Positions 1 through 8,520 of a stretch of 64,000 nt of DNA are shown here, piece after piece (position 1 is the first letter of the stretch; the number at the start of each line of letters is the position of its first letter). Below the pieces are notes generated by a model, which saw only the letters and a program-made list of their open reading frames with translations, was not told the origin of the DNA and did not search any database. The position numbers and the translations under genes were made by a program. This DNA is from an uncultured Bacteroidales bacterium. Its GTDB lineage: Bacteria > Bacteroidota > Bacteroidia > Bacteroidales > B18-G4. Location of the stretch: positions 257,411 through 321,410 of the forward strand of contig CAVWAP010000002.1 of assembly GCA_963753055.1 (NCBI GenBank), read 5' to 3'.

Positions 1-186
1 TCCTTCCGGGACTCCCCTGTATTTCGTGGTTTCTCCTGGAGATACACTACCATACGTTGTTGGTCCAATAGCGATATTTAAGGCTTGAGAGTAATTGTTC
101 TGAATTCTCACCTGCATATCTTCTTCTTTTTCGCATGAGGCCAAACAAAGTACAAATACTATTATTACAAATAAGAATCTATACAT
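1..186 (-). CDS. putative lipoprotein, N-terminal part only (gene continues past window start)
   Basis: Minus-strand ATG at 186-184 gives MYRFLFVIIVFVLCLASCEKEEDMQVR..., a signal peptide plus lipobox (LASC). The frame stays open to position 1. Not in the supplied ORF track. Confidence 0.4.
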   Translation of the reverse strand, partial: MYRFLFVIIVFVLCLASCEKEEDMQVRIQNNYSQALNIAIGPTTYGSVSPGETTKYRGVPEG

Positions 187-220
187 GATCCATCATAATT
201 GAGATAAGATAATATTCAAT

Positions 221-658
221 TTATTTATTGGTACAGAATGCTTTGCTGGTTTCTAACTCATGTTGGCCATCATCATCTGTCCATTTAAATTTGACCCAGT
301 AATAATTATTTAATATATACCCTACAGGTGCTTTGTAGATGGTAGACTTTGAAGTCACATTTGCTGAGTTAAATAATATTTCCTCTGAAGACTTCATAGA
401 TGGGTTTTCGTGATTCCCATTTTCCCACCACCATTCAACTGTTACCGAACATGGTGTTACCTTGCCCAGGATTTTGCCTTCAAACTGAGCTGAAACCTGG
501 TTAATGTTATTTCCACCCTCAGGATGTTCAGTAATAGTGACATTTAAAGTTGTTTTTGCTGGCGGTGGCGCTGGTTCAGGATCATCATCTTTATCTTGGC
601 ACCCAGTAATTACAAAAGCCAGTGAAAAAGTGATTAGGATAAATACAATTTTTTTCAT
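221..658 (-). CDS. hypothetical lipoprotein
   Basis: 145-aa ORF. N-terminus MKKIVFILITFSLAFVITGCQDKDDD is a signal peptide plus lipobox, followed by a Pro-rich linker. Confidence 0.6.
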   Translation of the reverse strand: MKKIVFILITFSLAFVITGCQDKDDDPEPAPPPAKTTLNVTITEHPEGGNNINQVSAQFEGKILGKVTPCSVTVEWWWENGNHENPSMKSSEEILFNSANVTSKSTIYKAPVGYILNNYYWVKFKWTDDDGQHELETSKAFCTNK

Positions 659-947
659 AATAACCTCCTTGGTTTTTGATTTAATATTATGTGATTAGAA
701 TACTCCAAATCTAACCTTAAGTCAGAGTTGAAATGTCACACTATTGTTTTGGTTCAGTAAAGATTTGGTCATAGAATTGCATTACAAAATCATTACATAA
801 ACTGTGCATGGTAATGATATACTTTTGCTGTCAGATGTTGATATTTAATCTTTATTCCTTGACTAATGCGTTGTATTTCATTACATTTAGGGAATTATCG
901 ATCATCAATATTTAAATTAATCCTCAAATAATTAAAGCGAGCCAAGA

Positions 948-2786
948 ATGAGAAGACTTACATTCCTGATAGGCCAATTATTCCTCTTTAGCCAGATTTG
1001 TATTGCCCAGGTCATTCATGTACCTGCAGATCAACCAACTATCCAGGATGGCATCAATTATGCCAGCAATGGTGATACTGTATTGGTTGCTCAGGGTATT
1101 TATTATGAAAACATTGACTTTAGTGGCAAAGCGATTACAGTTGCCAGTCATAATTTAATTGATCCGGATTCAAGTCATATACTACATACAATTATTGATG
1201 GAAGTCAACCTAGTAATCCAGACAGAAATTCAATGGTATATTTTATTTCAGGAGAAGATACCAATTCAATATTATATGGATTTACTATCCAAAATGGTAC
1301 TGGAACGTATCCTGATGCCTGGGGAGATAAATCTGGAGGTGGTATATTTTGTGAAGGGTCCGGTGCTAAAATTATTCGCAACAGGATAATCGACAATATT
1401 GTTGATATAGAAGGATCATGTGCATATGGTGGGGGTATTTCCGCGGGTACCTGCCCTGATCGTCTACTTGTAATAAAGCACAATCTTATCGCTAACAATT
1501 CAGTCTGTGCATATTTTTGGTACCCGGCTGGAGGAGGAGGAGGAGCTACTTCCATGCATACCATTCTTCAACATAATATCATTAAGAATAATACTGCAAC
1601 TGGAATGTCATATGGTGGAGGATTTCAGTTCTGGGGAAATTCAGGTTTTATTGGTCAAAACCTTTTTTTACATAATCAGATAAATTCAACGGAGTATTAT
1701 GGATATGGTGGTGGATTGTTTATTATAGATCCTGTTGATAAACTGATCGTAAAACAAAATACATTTACTGAAAATTACTGTGATGGTGGTACTAACTTCG
1801 CAGGAGGAATTTGTGTGTATTTAAGTGAAGATATTGGTGAAACTTATATAGAAAATAACATTTTGAGTGATAATAATGCTGATAATGGTGGTGGATTATA
1901 TTTATGTGGCTCTTATCATGCTTACATTACGAACAATGTTTTCCAGCAAAATGAAGCTGATGATGCTGGGGGTGGTATTTTTATAACCAACCAGTTCTAT
2001 AGTGACTTCGTTTTCAATCAACTTACTAAGAAATTGAAATTAATAAAGAGACCTGCCTTTAAATCCAATGACAACCTGAATCAAATAATCAATAATACAT
2101 TTATTGATAATCTGGCCTGGCTTGGTGGAGGATGTGGAATTACCAATGACCTCCTTAATGATGATCTTCTTGCCTTAAATAATATTATCTATAACAATTC
2201 CACTGATGAGATCAATACCGTAAACAGTTCAAGTACAGCTTATCTTTATAATAACAATATCAACACAAACCAGATCATTGGCAACTGGTCAGGTGAAGGA
2301 AATATCTTCGAAGATCCAGAATTTATGGATGACTCTTGCCATATTTCCACATGGAGCGCATGTTTGGAGGCAGGATTGGAATTAATTGAAATAAATGGAA
2401 TCGTTTACGAAGCACCGCATTACGATTATGAAGGTGATCACAGACCAGATACCACGTGTGGATTAGTTGATATAGGTGCAGATGAAAATAATAATTGCCT
2501 TGGAGTTGGGATTTCTGAGACAGTAGAAAATTTAGGTAATCTAACATGCTATCCCAACCCCTTCACCGACTTCACAACCTTTGAATATACCCTTGATAAA
2601 CCCTGTGATTTACACTTTACAGTTTACAATTTACAATCTCAGATTGTTTACAGGATGCAGGTGAGACAATCAAATGGTAAACAGCAGGTACAATGGAACG
2701 CTGAAGGATTGCCGGCCGGGATATATTATTTCACGATTTCTGATAATTCCGGAAGAATTGGAGGTGGTAAGTTGTTGAAATACTAG
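948..2786 (+). CDS. secreted right-handed parallel beta-helix repeat protein with T9SS C-terminal sorting domain
   Basis: Signal peptide, repeated GGG(I/L) plus N-rich beta-helix turns, and a C-terminal YPNPF...FTVYNLQSQIV...LPAGIYYF...KLLKY tail typical of T9SS type A CTDs. Confidence 0.85.
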   Translation: MRRLTFLIGQLFLFSQICIAQVIHVPADQPTIQDGINYASNGDTVLVAQGIYYENIDFSGKAITVASHNLIDPDSSHILHTIIDGSQPSNPDRNSMVYFISGEDTNSILYGFTIQNGTGTYPDAWGDKSGGGIFCEGSGAKIIRNRIIDNIVDIEGSCAYGGGISAGTCPDRLLVIKHNLIANNSVCAYFWYPAGGGGGATSMHTILQHNIIKNNTATGMSYGGGFQFWGNSGFIGQNLFLHNQINSTEYYGYGGGLFIIDPVDKLIVKQNTFTENYCDGGTNFAGGICVYLSEDIGETYIENNILSDNNADNGGGLYLCGSYHAYITNNVFQQNEADDAGGGIFITNQFYSDFVFNQLTKKLKLIKRPAFKSNDNLNQIINNTFIDNLAWLGGGCGITNDLLNDDLLALNNIIYNNSTDEINTVNSSSTAYLYNNNINTNQIIGNWSGEGNIFEDPEFMDDSCHISTWSACLEAGLELIEINGIVYEAPHYDYEGDHRPDTTCGLVDIGADENNNCLGVGISETVENLGNLTCYPNPFTDFTTFEYTLDKPCDLHFTVYNLQSQIVYRMQVRQSNGKQQVQWNAEGLPAGIYYFTISDNSGRIGGGKLLKY

Positions 2787-2793
2787 CCTTTAT

Positions 2794-2895
2794 TGATTTA
2801 CAATTCGGTATGTACAATTTAGACTTTACGATATTTTTCAAATTTCAAATCGAAAACCATAGTATAAATTGTAAAGTCTAAAAACTGAATTGTAA
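2794..2895. repeat. imperfect approx 100-bp palindrome just after the T9SS gene stop
   Basis: Left arm atttacaattc/tacaatttagactttac and right arm gtaaagtctaaa/gaattgtaaat are reverse complements. Built from tttacaa-type heptamer sequence. Confidence 0.6.
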
Positions 2896-3117
2896 ATATT
2901 TCCTGCTCCGCTGGTTAAGTACTACCGGTCATCCTGCATTGCCCGCCGAAGCTTTAGCGTAGGCGGGAGGTAAGTTGAACGAAGCGGTGGAAGAACCCCT
3001 ATCATATTGCACCTCACTATCAAAAAGCACCCCAACCAACACCCAACACTATCCTTGCTTTCAGCACCCACATTTCTTATATTTATCGGTGAATAAAAGC
3101 ATTAAAACCATTCAGAC

Positions 3118-3585
3118 ATGACAATTAAAAATTGGCTAAACAGGGGTGTAAAACATATTATTGTTACAGCATTGATCATTCTTTCAGGAACCGTTTATGG
3201 CCAGGAAGAGATTCAGAAATTATTTATGGGTATTAAACTTAATAATGTTCTCTGCGGATATTCAGAGATTTTTATTAGGGATGCAGAGAAAGAGAGCAAA
3301 CATATAATGGAAATTGTACAGAATACTTATATCTCTTTTAAGGCTCTCGGTAAAGACATTGAACAGCGGCAGGTGTTTACTTACCATATTGATAAAAGAA
3401 CAGGTAACTTTATATACCATGATAGTTATATGAGGCAAGGGGAACATGAAATGGCTGGCATAATGAAAGTAATCGGTGACTCGATTTATATTAACGACAC
3501 GATAAATGGTGAATTGAAGATTGAATACCTGCCAGAGGGTACTATACTGCCAAATACCATTTATTATTCTTACATGCTTGGATGA
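3118..3585 (+). CDS. hypothetical secreted protein (possible N-terminal piece of a split transglutaminase-like gene)
   Basis: 155-aa ORF with an N-terminal signal-like segment (HIIVTALIILSGTVYGQ). Its stop overlaps the next ATG (ATGA at 3582-3585). Confidence 0.5.
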   Translation: MTIKNWLNRGVKHIIVTALIILSGTVYGQEEIQKLFMGIKLNNVLCGYSEIFIRDAEKESKHIMEIVQNTYISFKALGKDIEQRQVFTYHIDKRTGNFIYHDSYMRQGEHEMAGIMKVIGDSIYINDTINGELKIEYLPEGTILPNTIYYSYMLG

Positions 3586-3794
3586 CCTGGGAAAATAATA
3601 AGGATTCAGCAACATACCATGTGTTTGATGTAAGGTCGGGAGAAGTCAAGAATGTTATATATAAGAGATTGGGAAGGGAAAAACTGGAGCTTAACGAGGA
3701 AGAATATGAATCCCTTATTGTCAGCGAAACCGACACTGAGACAGGGATGGAGGTGAAATACTGGATAGATGTGAATAGCTGGATTACGACTTAA
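3582..3794 (+). CDS. hypothetical 70-aa ORF (possible middle piece of the same split gene)
   Basis: Lies in a different frame from both flanking ORFs, which share one frame. It has no recognisable motif of its own. Confidence 0.3.
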   Translation: MTWENNKDSATYHVFDVRSGEVKNVIYKRLGREKLELNEEEYESLIVSETDTETGMEVKYWIDVNSWITT

Positions 3795-3795
3795 A

Positions 3796-4599
3796 ATGGA
3801 GTCAAAGACAGGTATTAGTATGTACCTGTCCGATATATCAGTAAAGGAGAAATTAGGAGTAGGGAACTGGGATGAGAATATATTTATCAAAACCAATAAA
3901 TACATACGAAACATAAATACAATAGCATCGATGGAGGTTGAGGCTGAGCTTAGTCCCATTCCCTTCCCGGTCATGGAAGATCTTAATTGTCCGGGACAGG
4001 TATTCAAAGGCGATCTCAAGGATAATCTGGTCAAAGGAATATTTACGGTCAATCATCAAAAGTATAATGGGCAGAATGCAGAAATTTTTAACTCTGATGT
4101 CAGTTTCGATTCCGAGATTCAAGAGTATCTTGAAGCCGATGATATGATCCAGTCTGATAAACCGGAACTGGCACAACTTGCCAGAGAGATTACTGAAGGA
4201 TCGAAGGATTACTGGGAAGCAACATTGAGGTTAAGCAATTGGGTGGCAGATAATATCGATGGATCGATTTTATTTGGTACAGCATATGAAACTTACAAAA
4301 GAAGGGAAGGTGCCTGTGGTTCCCAGTCAATGTTACTGGCTGCACTATGCAGGTCAGTTGGAATTCCTGCACGTGTGGTCTGGGGATGTCTATATATCCC
4401 CGAGTATGGGGGCGGTTTTGGATCACACGGCTGGAATGAAATCTATATGGGCGAAGATGCAGGCTGGATTCCAGTTGATGTAACAATAAATGAAACAGAT
4501 TATATCGATTCAGGACATCTGCGTTTGGGGATATTCAAAACCTCTGTTACCGTGATTAACTTCATAAAAATGGATATTCTGGATTATTCATTAAAGTGA
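3796..4599 (+). CDS. transglutaminase-like cysteine protease domain protein
   Basis: Core motifs EGACGSQSMLLAALCRSVGIPARVVWG (Cys), HGWNEIYM (His) and WIPVD (Asp). No signal peptide of its own. Confidence 0.8.
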   Translation: MESKTGISMYLSDISVKEKLGVGNWDENIFIKTNKYIRNINTIASMEVEAELSPIPFPVMEDLNCPGQVFKGDLKDNLVKGIFTVNHQKYNGQNAEIFNSDVSFDSEIQEYLEADDMIQSDKPELAQLAREITEGSKDYWEATLRLSNWVADNIDGSILFGTAYETYKRREGACGSQSMLLAALCRSVGIPARVVWGCLYIPEYGGGFGSHGWNEIYMGEDAGWIPVDVTINETDYIDSGHLRLGIFKTSVTVINFIKMDILDYSLK

Positions 4600-4619
4600 A
4601 AGTTTGTTATATCCACCAC

Positions 4620-4685
4620 CTACCCACAGGCATCTACATCGTCAAGGTCTGGAACGACAAAAATGTGATGGTTCAGAAGGTGATC
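4620..4685 (+). pseudogene. orphan T9SS C-terminal domain relic
   Basis: Translates to LPTGIYIVKVWNDKNVMVQKVI, the last strands of a T9SS CTD. No upstream ORF is attached. Confidence 0.55.
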
Positions 4686-4690
4686 CCAGC

Positions 4691-4749
4691 AAAAAAGGGA
4701 GCACGCTTTGTCCGCCATAGCCTTGGCGGAGGCGGATGCTCCCTTTTTT
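4691..4749. repeat. A-tract/long hairpin/T-tract module (bidirectional terminator-like), copy 1
   Basis: aaaaaagggagca...tccgcc atagccttg gcgga...tgctccctttttt. An identical 59-nt copy lies at 11405-11464. Confidence 0.7.
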
Positions 4750-4914
4750 GATATCTGATTCCTGATAATGGGTGTACGGGGTTGTAAGGTGGAGGGGAAA
4801 TGGTGAAGATGGATTAGTGGTTAGTGGCCTGCCCCTGCGTAGGCAGGGGTTAGTGATTAGTATAATTGTTAAATTGTGATTTTCAGATCACAGGTCACTG
4901 GTCACTGATATTTC

Positions 4915-4969
4915 TTGACTAACCCTCTGTAATTCACTATCTTTATAAGACCATCCGACCATTGAAGTG
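4915..4969 (+). promoter_or_regulatory. shared upstream module with Bacteroidota-type promoter boxes (TTG ... TAtcTTTa), copy 1
   Basis: ttgactaaccctctgtaattcactatctttataagaccatccgaccattgaagtg is about 85 percent identical to 56229-56283. Both lie 15-55 nt upstream of a + strand gene. Confidence 0.4.
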
Positions 4970-5022
4970 TCTATGCTGCCGGATACTAATTTCACTTTAG
5001 TACTAACCTAATCCATTAACAT

Positions 5023-6393
5023 ATGCAAAAGACATTTTCCATATTAATCCTATGTGTGTTTAGTTACATGCCTTGTATCAGTCAAGGCACCATCCAACTT
5101 ACGTTCACAGCAGAGAACAACGGGCAATACGTTCCATTGGACAGTATCCTTATTGAAAACCTCACTCAGGGAGGAGAAACAACACTTTATGCACCCGATA
5201 CCGTCTTGTCAATAACCATTCAAGGTGTGAATGAACATAACCTACTTAGGGCAAACAGCTTCTGGGTATCACAGAATTATCCAAATCCTTTTAATGGAAA
5301 AACTACAATAGAATTGTTCTTAGCGGAAAAGCAAGACATTAAAATTTCTATTCGGGATATTCTAGGTAGAGGACTGGCATACTACGAAAACGCCTTAAAC
5401 CGGGGCAATCATGCCTTTTCATTTTATTCGGGTAATGAAAAGTATTATTTGCTTACCGTTACAGGAAATCAAACAAGCAAAACTATTAAAATGTTAAATG
5501 CAAATAGTATAACAACTTATGGAGGAACATGCAAGATTGTATATATTGGGTATGATGACAAAGTAATTGGTTTTAAATCTCAAAAAGCCATTAATAATTT
5601 TGGATTTGACCTGGGAGACACATTACAATATACAGGATATGCAAATGCCATAGATGGCATTTTCGGCAGTGCTGTGATAGATGACACTCCTCAAACTAAT
5701 ACGGATTATGTGTTCTCGATTATAAAAGGCCTAAGATGTCCCGGAACCGCAACAGTAACAGACATTGACAGCAACACATACAATACCGTACAAATTGGCT
5801 CTCAATGCTTGATGAAAGAGAACCTAAAAACGACAACTTACCAAGACGGCACTCCTATACCAAACGTTACCAATGATAACAGTTGGAGTAATCTTATAAC
5901 AGGAGCGTATGTATGGTACGACAATGATATTAGCTGGAAAGGCCCGTATGGGGCAATGTACAATTGGTATGCAACAGTTGATGCCAAAGGTCTTTGCCCA
6001 ACAGGGTGGCACGTGCCAACAGTTGACGAATGGACTGTTTTGACTGATTATATTGGTGGAATAGGCTCTCCACACGGAAACGAGCTAAAATCCTGTAGGC
6101 AGGTGGATTCTCCACTAGGAGGAGGATGTAACACTAATGAACATCCCCGTTGGAGTCAAGACAATAATAACTGGGGCACTGACGATTATGGTTTCTCAGG
6201 CCTTCCGGGCGGCTACCGTAACAGCAATGGTCCATTCTTCATCATTGGCAACTATGGCTTCTGGTGGTCTTCTACTGATATCTCGTCAGACTATGCCTGG
6301 TGCCGCAGCCTGAATTACAGCGATGGCAACGTGGGCGTGGCCACCTACACTAAGCAAAATGGCAACTCGGTCCGTTGCCTGAAGGATAATTGA
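5023..6393 (+). CDS. FISUMP (Fibrobacter succinogenes major paralogous) domain protein with an internal T9SS-CTD-like segment
   Basis: The C-terminal half has the FISUMP pattern (YGAMYNWYA, CPTGWHVPT.DEW, GLPGGYRN, WWSST, VRCLKD). Residues approx 80-165 read SQNYPNPFNGKTTIEL...TIKMLN, like a CTD. Confidence 0.85.
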   Translation: MQKTFSILILCVFSYMPCISQGTIQLTFTAENNGQYVPLDSILIENLTQGGETTLYAPDTVLSITIQGVNEHNLLRANSFWVSQNYPNPFNGKTTIELFLAEKQDIKISIRDILGRGLAYYENALNRGNHAFSFYSGNEKYYLLTVTGNQTSKTIKMLNANSITTYGGTCKIVYIGYDDKVIGFKSQKAINNFGFDLGDTLQYTGYANAIDGIFGSAVIDDTPQTNTDYVFSIIKGLRCPGTATVTDIDSNTYNTVQIGSQCLMKENLKTTTYQDGTPIPNVTNDNSWSNLITGAYVWYDNDISWKGPYGAMYNWYATVDAKGLCPTGWHVPTVDEWTVLTDYIGGIGSPHGNELKSCRQVDSPLGGGCNTNEHPRWSQDNNNWGTDDYGFSGLPGGYRNSNGPFFIIGNYGFWWSSTDISSDYAWCRSLNYSDGNVGVATYTKQNGNSVRCLKDN

Positions 6394-6440
6394 GAAGTTC
6401 ATATTATTTCCATTTTTTGCCCCACGGTTTCCGCTGAGGA

Positions 6441-6500
6441 GTTTTACTTATTCCATCTGGTATGTATTACTTCAGGATACAGGCTGGAGATTTGGTTTAA
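6441..6500 (+). pseudogene. orphan T9SS CTD tail relic
   Basis: Translates to ..LLIPSGMYYFRIQAGDLV*. Compare LPAGMYYFSIQAGEMV in the 13051 gene. Confidence 0.5.
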
Positions 6501-6610
6501 GAAACATCTTAATCTACTGGTTTAATGAAAGATGCGATGTTAAGGACTGTGTTGTTGAAGTGTTCAGCGATTTCCGGAATTAGGTGTACACGGACTCCGG
6601 AATTTGCAAT

Positions 6611-7114
6611 TTAATTGAATCTTTCTGGTTTTTTTAAATGGTAATCTGTAGCATCCTGAAATGCTTTTGCAACGGCCATTAGTTTTGCTTCCTGGTATGG
6701 TTTGCCCACAAAAGTCACGCTGGTTGGTTGTCCATTTTTTAGGAAACCACATGGGACAACAACAATTGGAAGGCCAGTAACATTTGTGCTCCAGTTAGTT
6801 GACCATGTCATTTCTATATATACATCAACATCTTTCATTATCTCATGCATTTCCTGAATCATAAGTGTCCGGTATCTAGCTGCCTGAAGGTATTCTACAG
6901 CAGGAACAAAGCGATGTGCACGGTGATAATTTGGCCATTTTTGATCTTCAACCTGATCATCCGCTGTACCTCGGGTAAATTCATCAAAGGCAGCTGATGC
7001 TTCAACTAACATCATAATTCCTTCCCCTTGATGAGGTTGTATATTCCGCTGCCATTGACCATCCCAAACCGGAAATATTTGACCACCCCTTTGTAAGTAT
7101 AAGAAATTATCCAA
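6611..7114 (-). pseudogene. amidase-family C-terminal fragment (5' truncated)
   Basis: The 167-aa ORF ends ...GLPIVVVPCGF...VTFVGKPYQEAKLMAVAKAFQ, resembling an amidase-signature enzyme C-terminus. Only 100 bp separate it from rsgA, so about 300 N-terminal codons are missing. Confidence 0.55.
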
Positions 7115-7214
7115 TTCTGCTATATTTCAGTTGATTCAGAATAAGTAAATTAGGCCAGAGAAGATGGGTCAGTTTCAACCGGACAAGGTGGATCTGTATG
7201 GCCGGAATATGCAC

Positions 7215-8282
7215 TTAGTACTTATTCCCTTTTTTGTCCTTTTTGTAATTCTTTATCATTTTACCAAAATCTTTATCCTTTTTTCGTTTTTCAGCAACAG
7301 TCGATTCAAAATGCTCTTTTTCCCGTTCCATTTTCAGGTAGTTTTCATAGGACAACTTATCTATTTCTCCACTTTCAACGGATGCTATAACTGCACAGTC
7401 AATTTCTGTTGTATGTGTGCAATTGTTGAATTTACAATCTGTAGATAGTTTGAGTATTGTTTCAAATGTAATTTCCAAACCTCCTGTTGAATCCGCAATC
7501 CCAACTTCTCTCATTCCAGGATTGTCAATTAGAATTCCGCCATTTTTAAGAACGATTAATTCGCGATGACTTGTAACGTGTCGTCCTTTGTTTGTACTTG
7601 TACTAATCGTATTAGTTTTCATCAATTGTTTACCTGAAAGATTGTTCAAAAGGCTTGATTTTCCTACTCCTGATGAACCTAATAAACAGTAAGTTTTTCC
7701 TTTTTCTATATTCTGTTTAAGTCTTTCTATTCCTTTTTGGGACTCATTGCTTATAGGAATTACTGGTACTTGATTTATTCTTTCTTGAACTGTGGTAATC
7801 AACTTTGCTAAGTCGGTATCACTTATCAAGTCAATTTTATTAAGAACGATAATCGGTACTACATCTGATGTATAGCAAATCGTCAAATACCTTTCTATTC
7901 GGTTGATGTTAAAATCCCTTTCAACTGCCTGTACAATTAAAGCATAGTCGATATTTGTTGCTATGATTTGTTTCTCGCCTTGTTTGCCAACTGCTTGTCT
8001 TTCAATGATGGTTTTTCTTGGAAAGACCGAGTGGATAAGCACATTATTTTCATCATATTCTGAAAATGCAACCCAATCACCGACAGCAGGGAAATCTGAC
8101 CTTTTAGTAGCTGAAAATCTTAAATTTCCGATAATCTCCGCATCATATTCTTTTTTAGTAGTTTTTACGACGTATCTTTCCTTGTGTTCGGAAATAACTC
8201 GTCCCACTTCAAATGAATCAAGATTTTGGTCTTTTCGGTAATTTTCCAATTCTATATTATATCCTAAATCTTCAAGTGTCAT
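7215..8282 (-). CDS. rsgA: ribosome small-subunit-dependent GTPase A
   Basis: Circularly permuted GTPase motifs VLNKIDL then GSSGVGKSSLLN. Zinc knuckle CKFNNCTHTTEIDCAV. Lys-rich C-terminal tail. Confidence 0.9.
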   Translation of the reverse strand: MTLEDLGYNIELENYRKDQNLDSFEVGRVISEHKERYVVKTTKKEYDAEIIGNLRFSATKRSDFPAVGDWVAFSEYDENNVLIHSVFPRKTIIERQAVGKQGEKQIIATNIDYALIVQAVERDFNINRIERYLTICYTSDVVPIIVLNKIDLISDTDLAKLITTVQERINQVPVIPISNESQKGIERLKQNIEKGKTYCLLGSSGVGKSSLLNNLSGKQLMKTNTISTSTNKGRHVTSHRELIVLKNGGILIDNPGMREVGIADSTGGLEITFETILKLSTDCKFNNCTHTTEIDCAVIASVESGEIDKLSYENYLKMEREKEHFESTVAEKRKKDKDFGKMIKNYKKDKKGNKY

Positions 8283-8427
8283 TTCTTCTTTCTTGTATTA
8301 AGCACAACGTTCCCGGCGCATGGCCCGGGGCGGTGTTTTATGTTCCGCCGCAGCTGGATTCTTTGTTATTACACTAAAGATACAAAAAGCTCTGTTTCCA
8401 ATACAGAATCTGATAATTACATGCAAC

Positions 8428-8476
8428 GGTCATCCTGAAGGAGTCTCGCCTTGGGCGAGGCGACTGAAGGACCTCC
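8428..8476. repeat. REP-like GTCATCCTGA...GAAGGACCTC backbone with inserted hairpin
   Basis: ggtcatcctga [aggagtCTCGCCttgGGCGAGgcgact] gaaggacctcc. The same backbone with a different insert occurs at 21343, 25718 and 44163. An insert-free relative gtcaccccgagcgaagtcgaggggtctc lies at 8760. Confidence 0.65.
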
Positions 8477-8520
8477 TTCACTTTTGCTCCTAGTCAGCAG
8501 AAACAGTCAGCTTGCTTGAT

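Noticed and set aside
1205-1564. Antisense or overlapping ORFs in the track: 1159..1389, 1205..1564, 3262..3615, 3606..4052, 3853..4176, 4190..4486, 5824..6075, 13524..13733, 14117..14407, 29062..29436, 40866..41255, 41426..41719, 42115..42676, 46356..46703, 51713..52390, 58098..58414, 59131..59460, 60322..61548 and 62873..63235.
   Set aside because: Each lies inside a longer ORF on the same or opposite strand that has clear domain motifs. They have no motifs of their own, and several merely mirror Gly-rich repeats (PPP/GGG). They are treated as shadow ORFs.
7164-7448. 94-aa plus-strand ORF overlapping the 3' end of rsgA.
   Set aside because: It overlaps the well-supported rsgA on the opposite strand, and its poly-Phe/Leu composition comes from the Lys-rich rsgA tail read in reverse.
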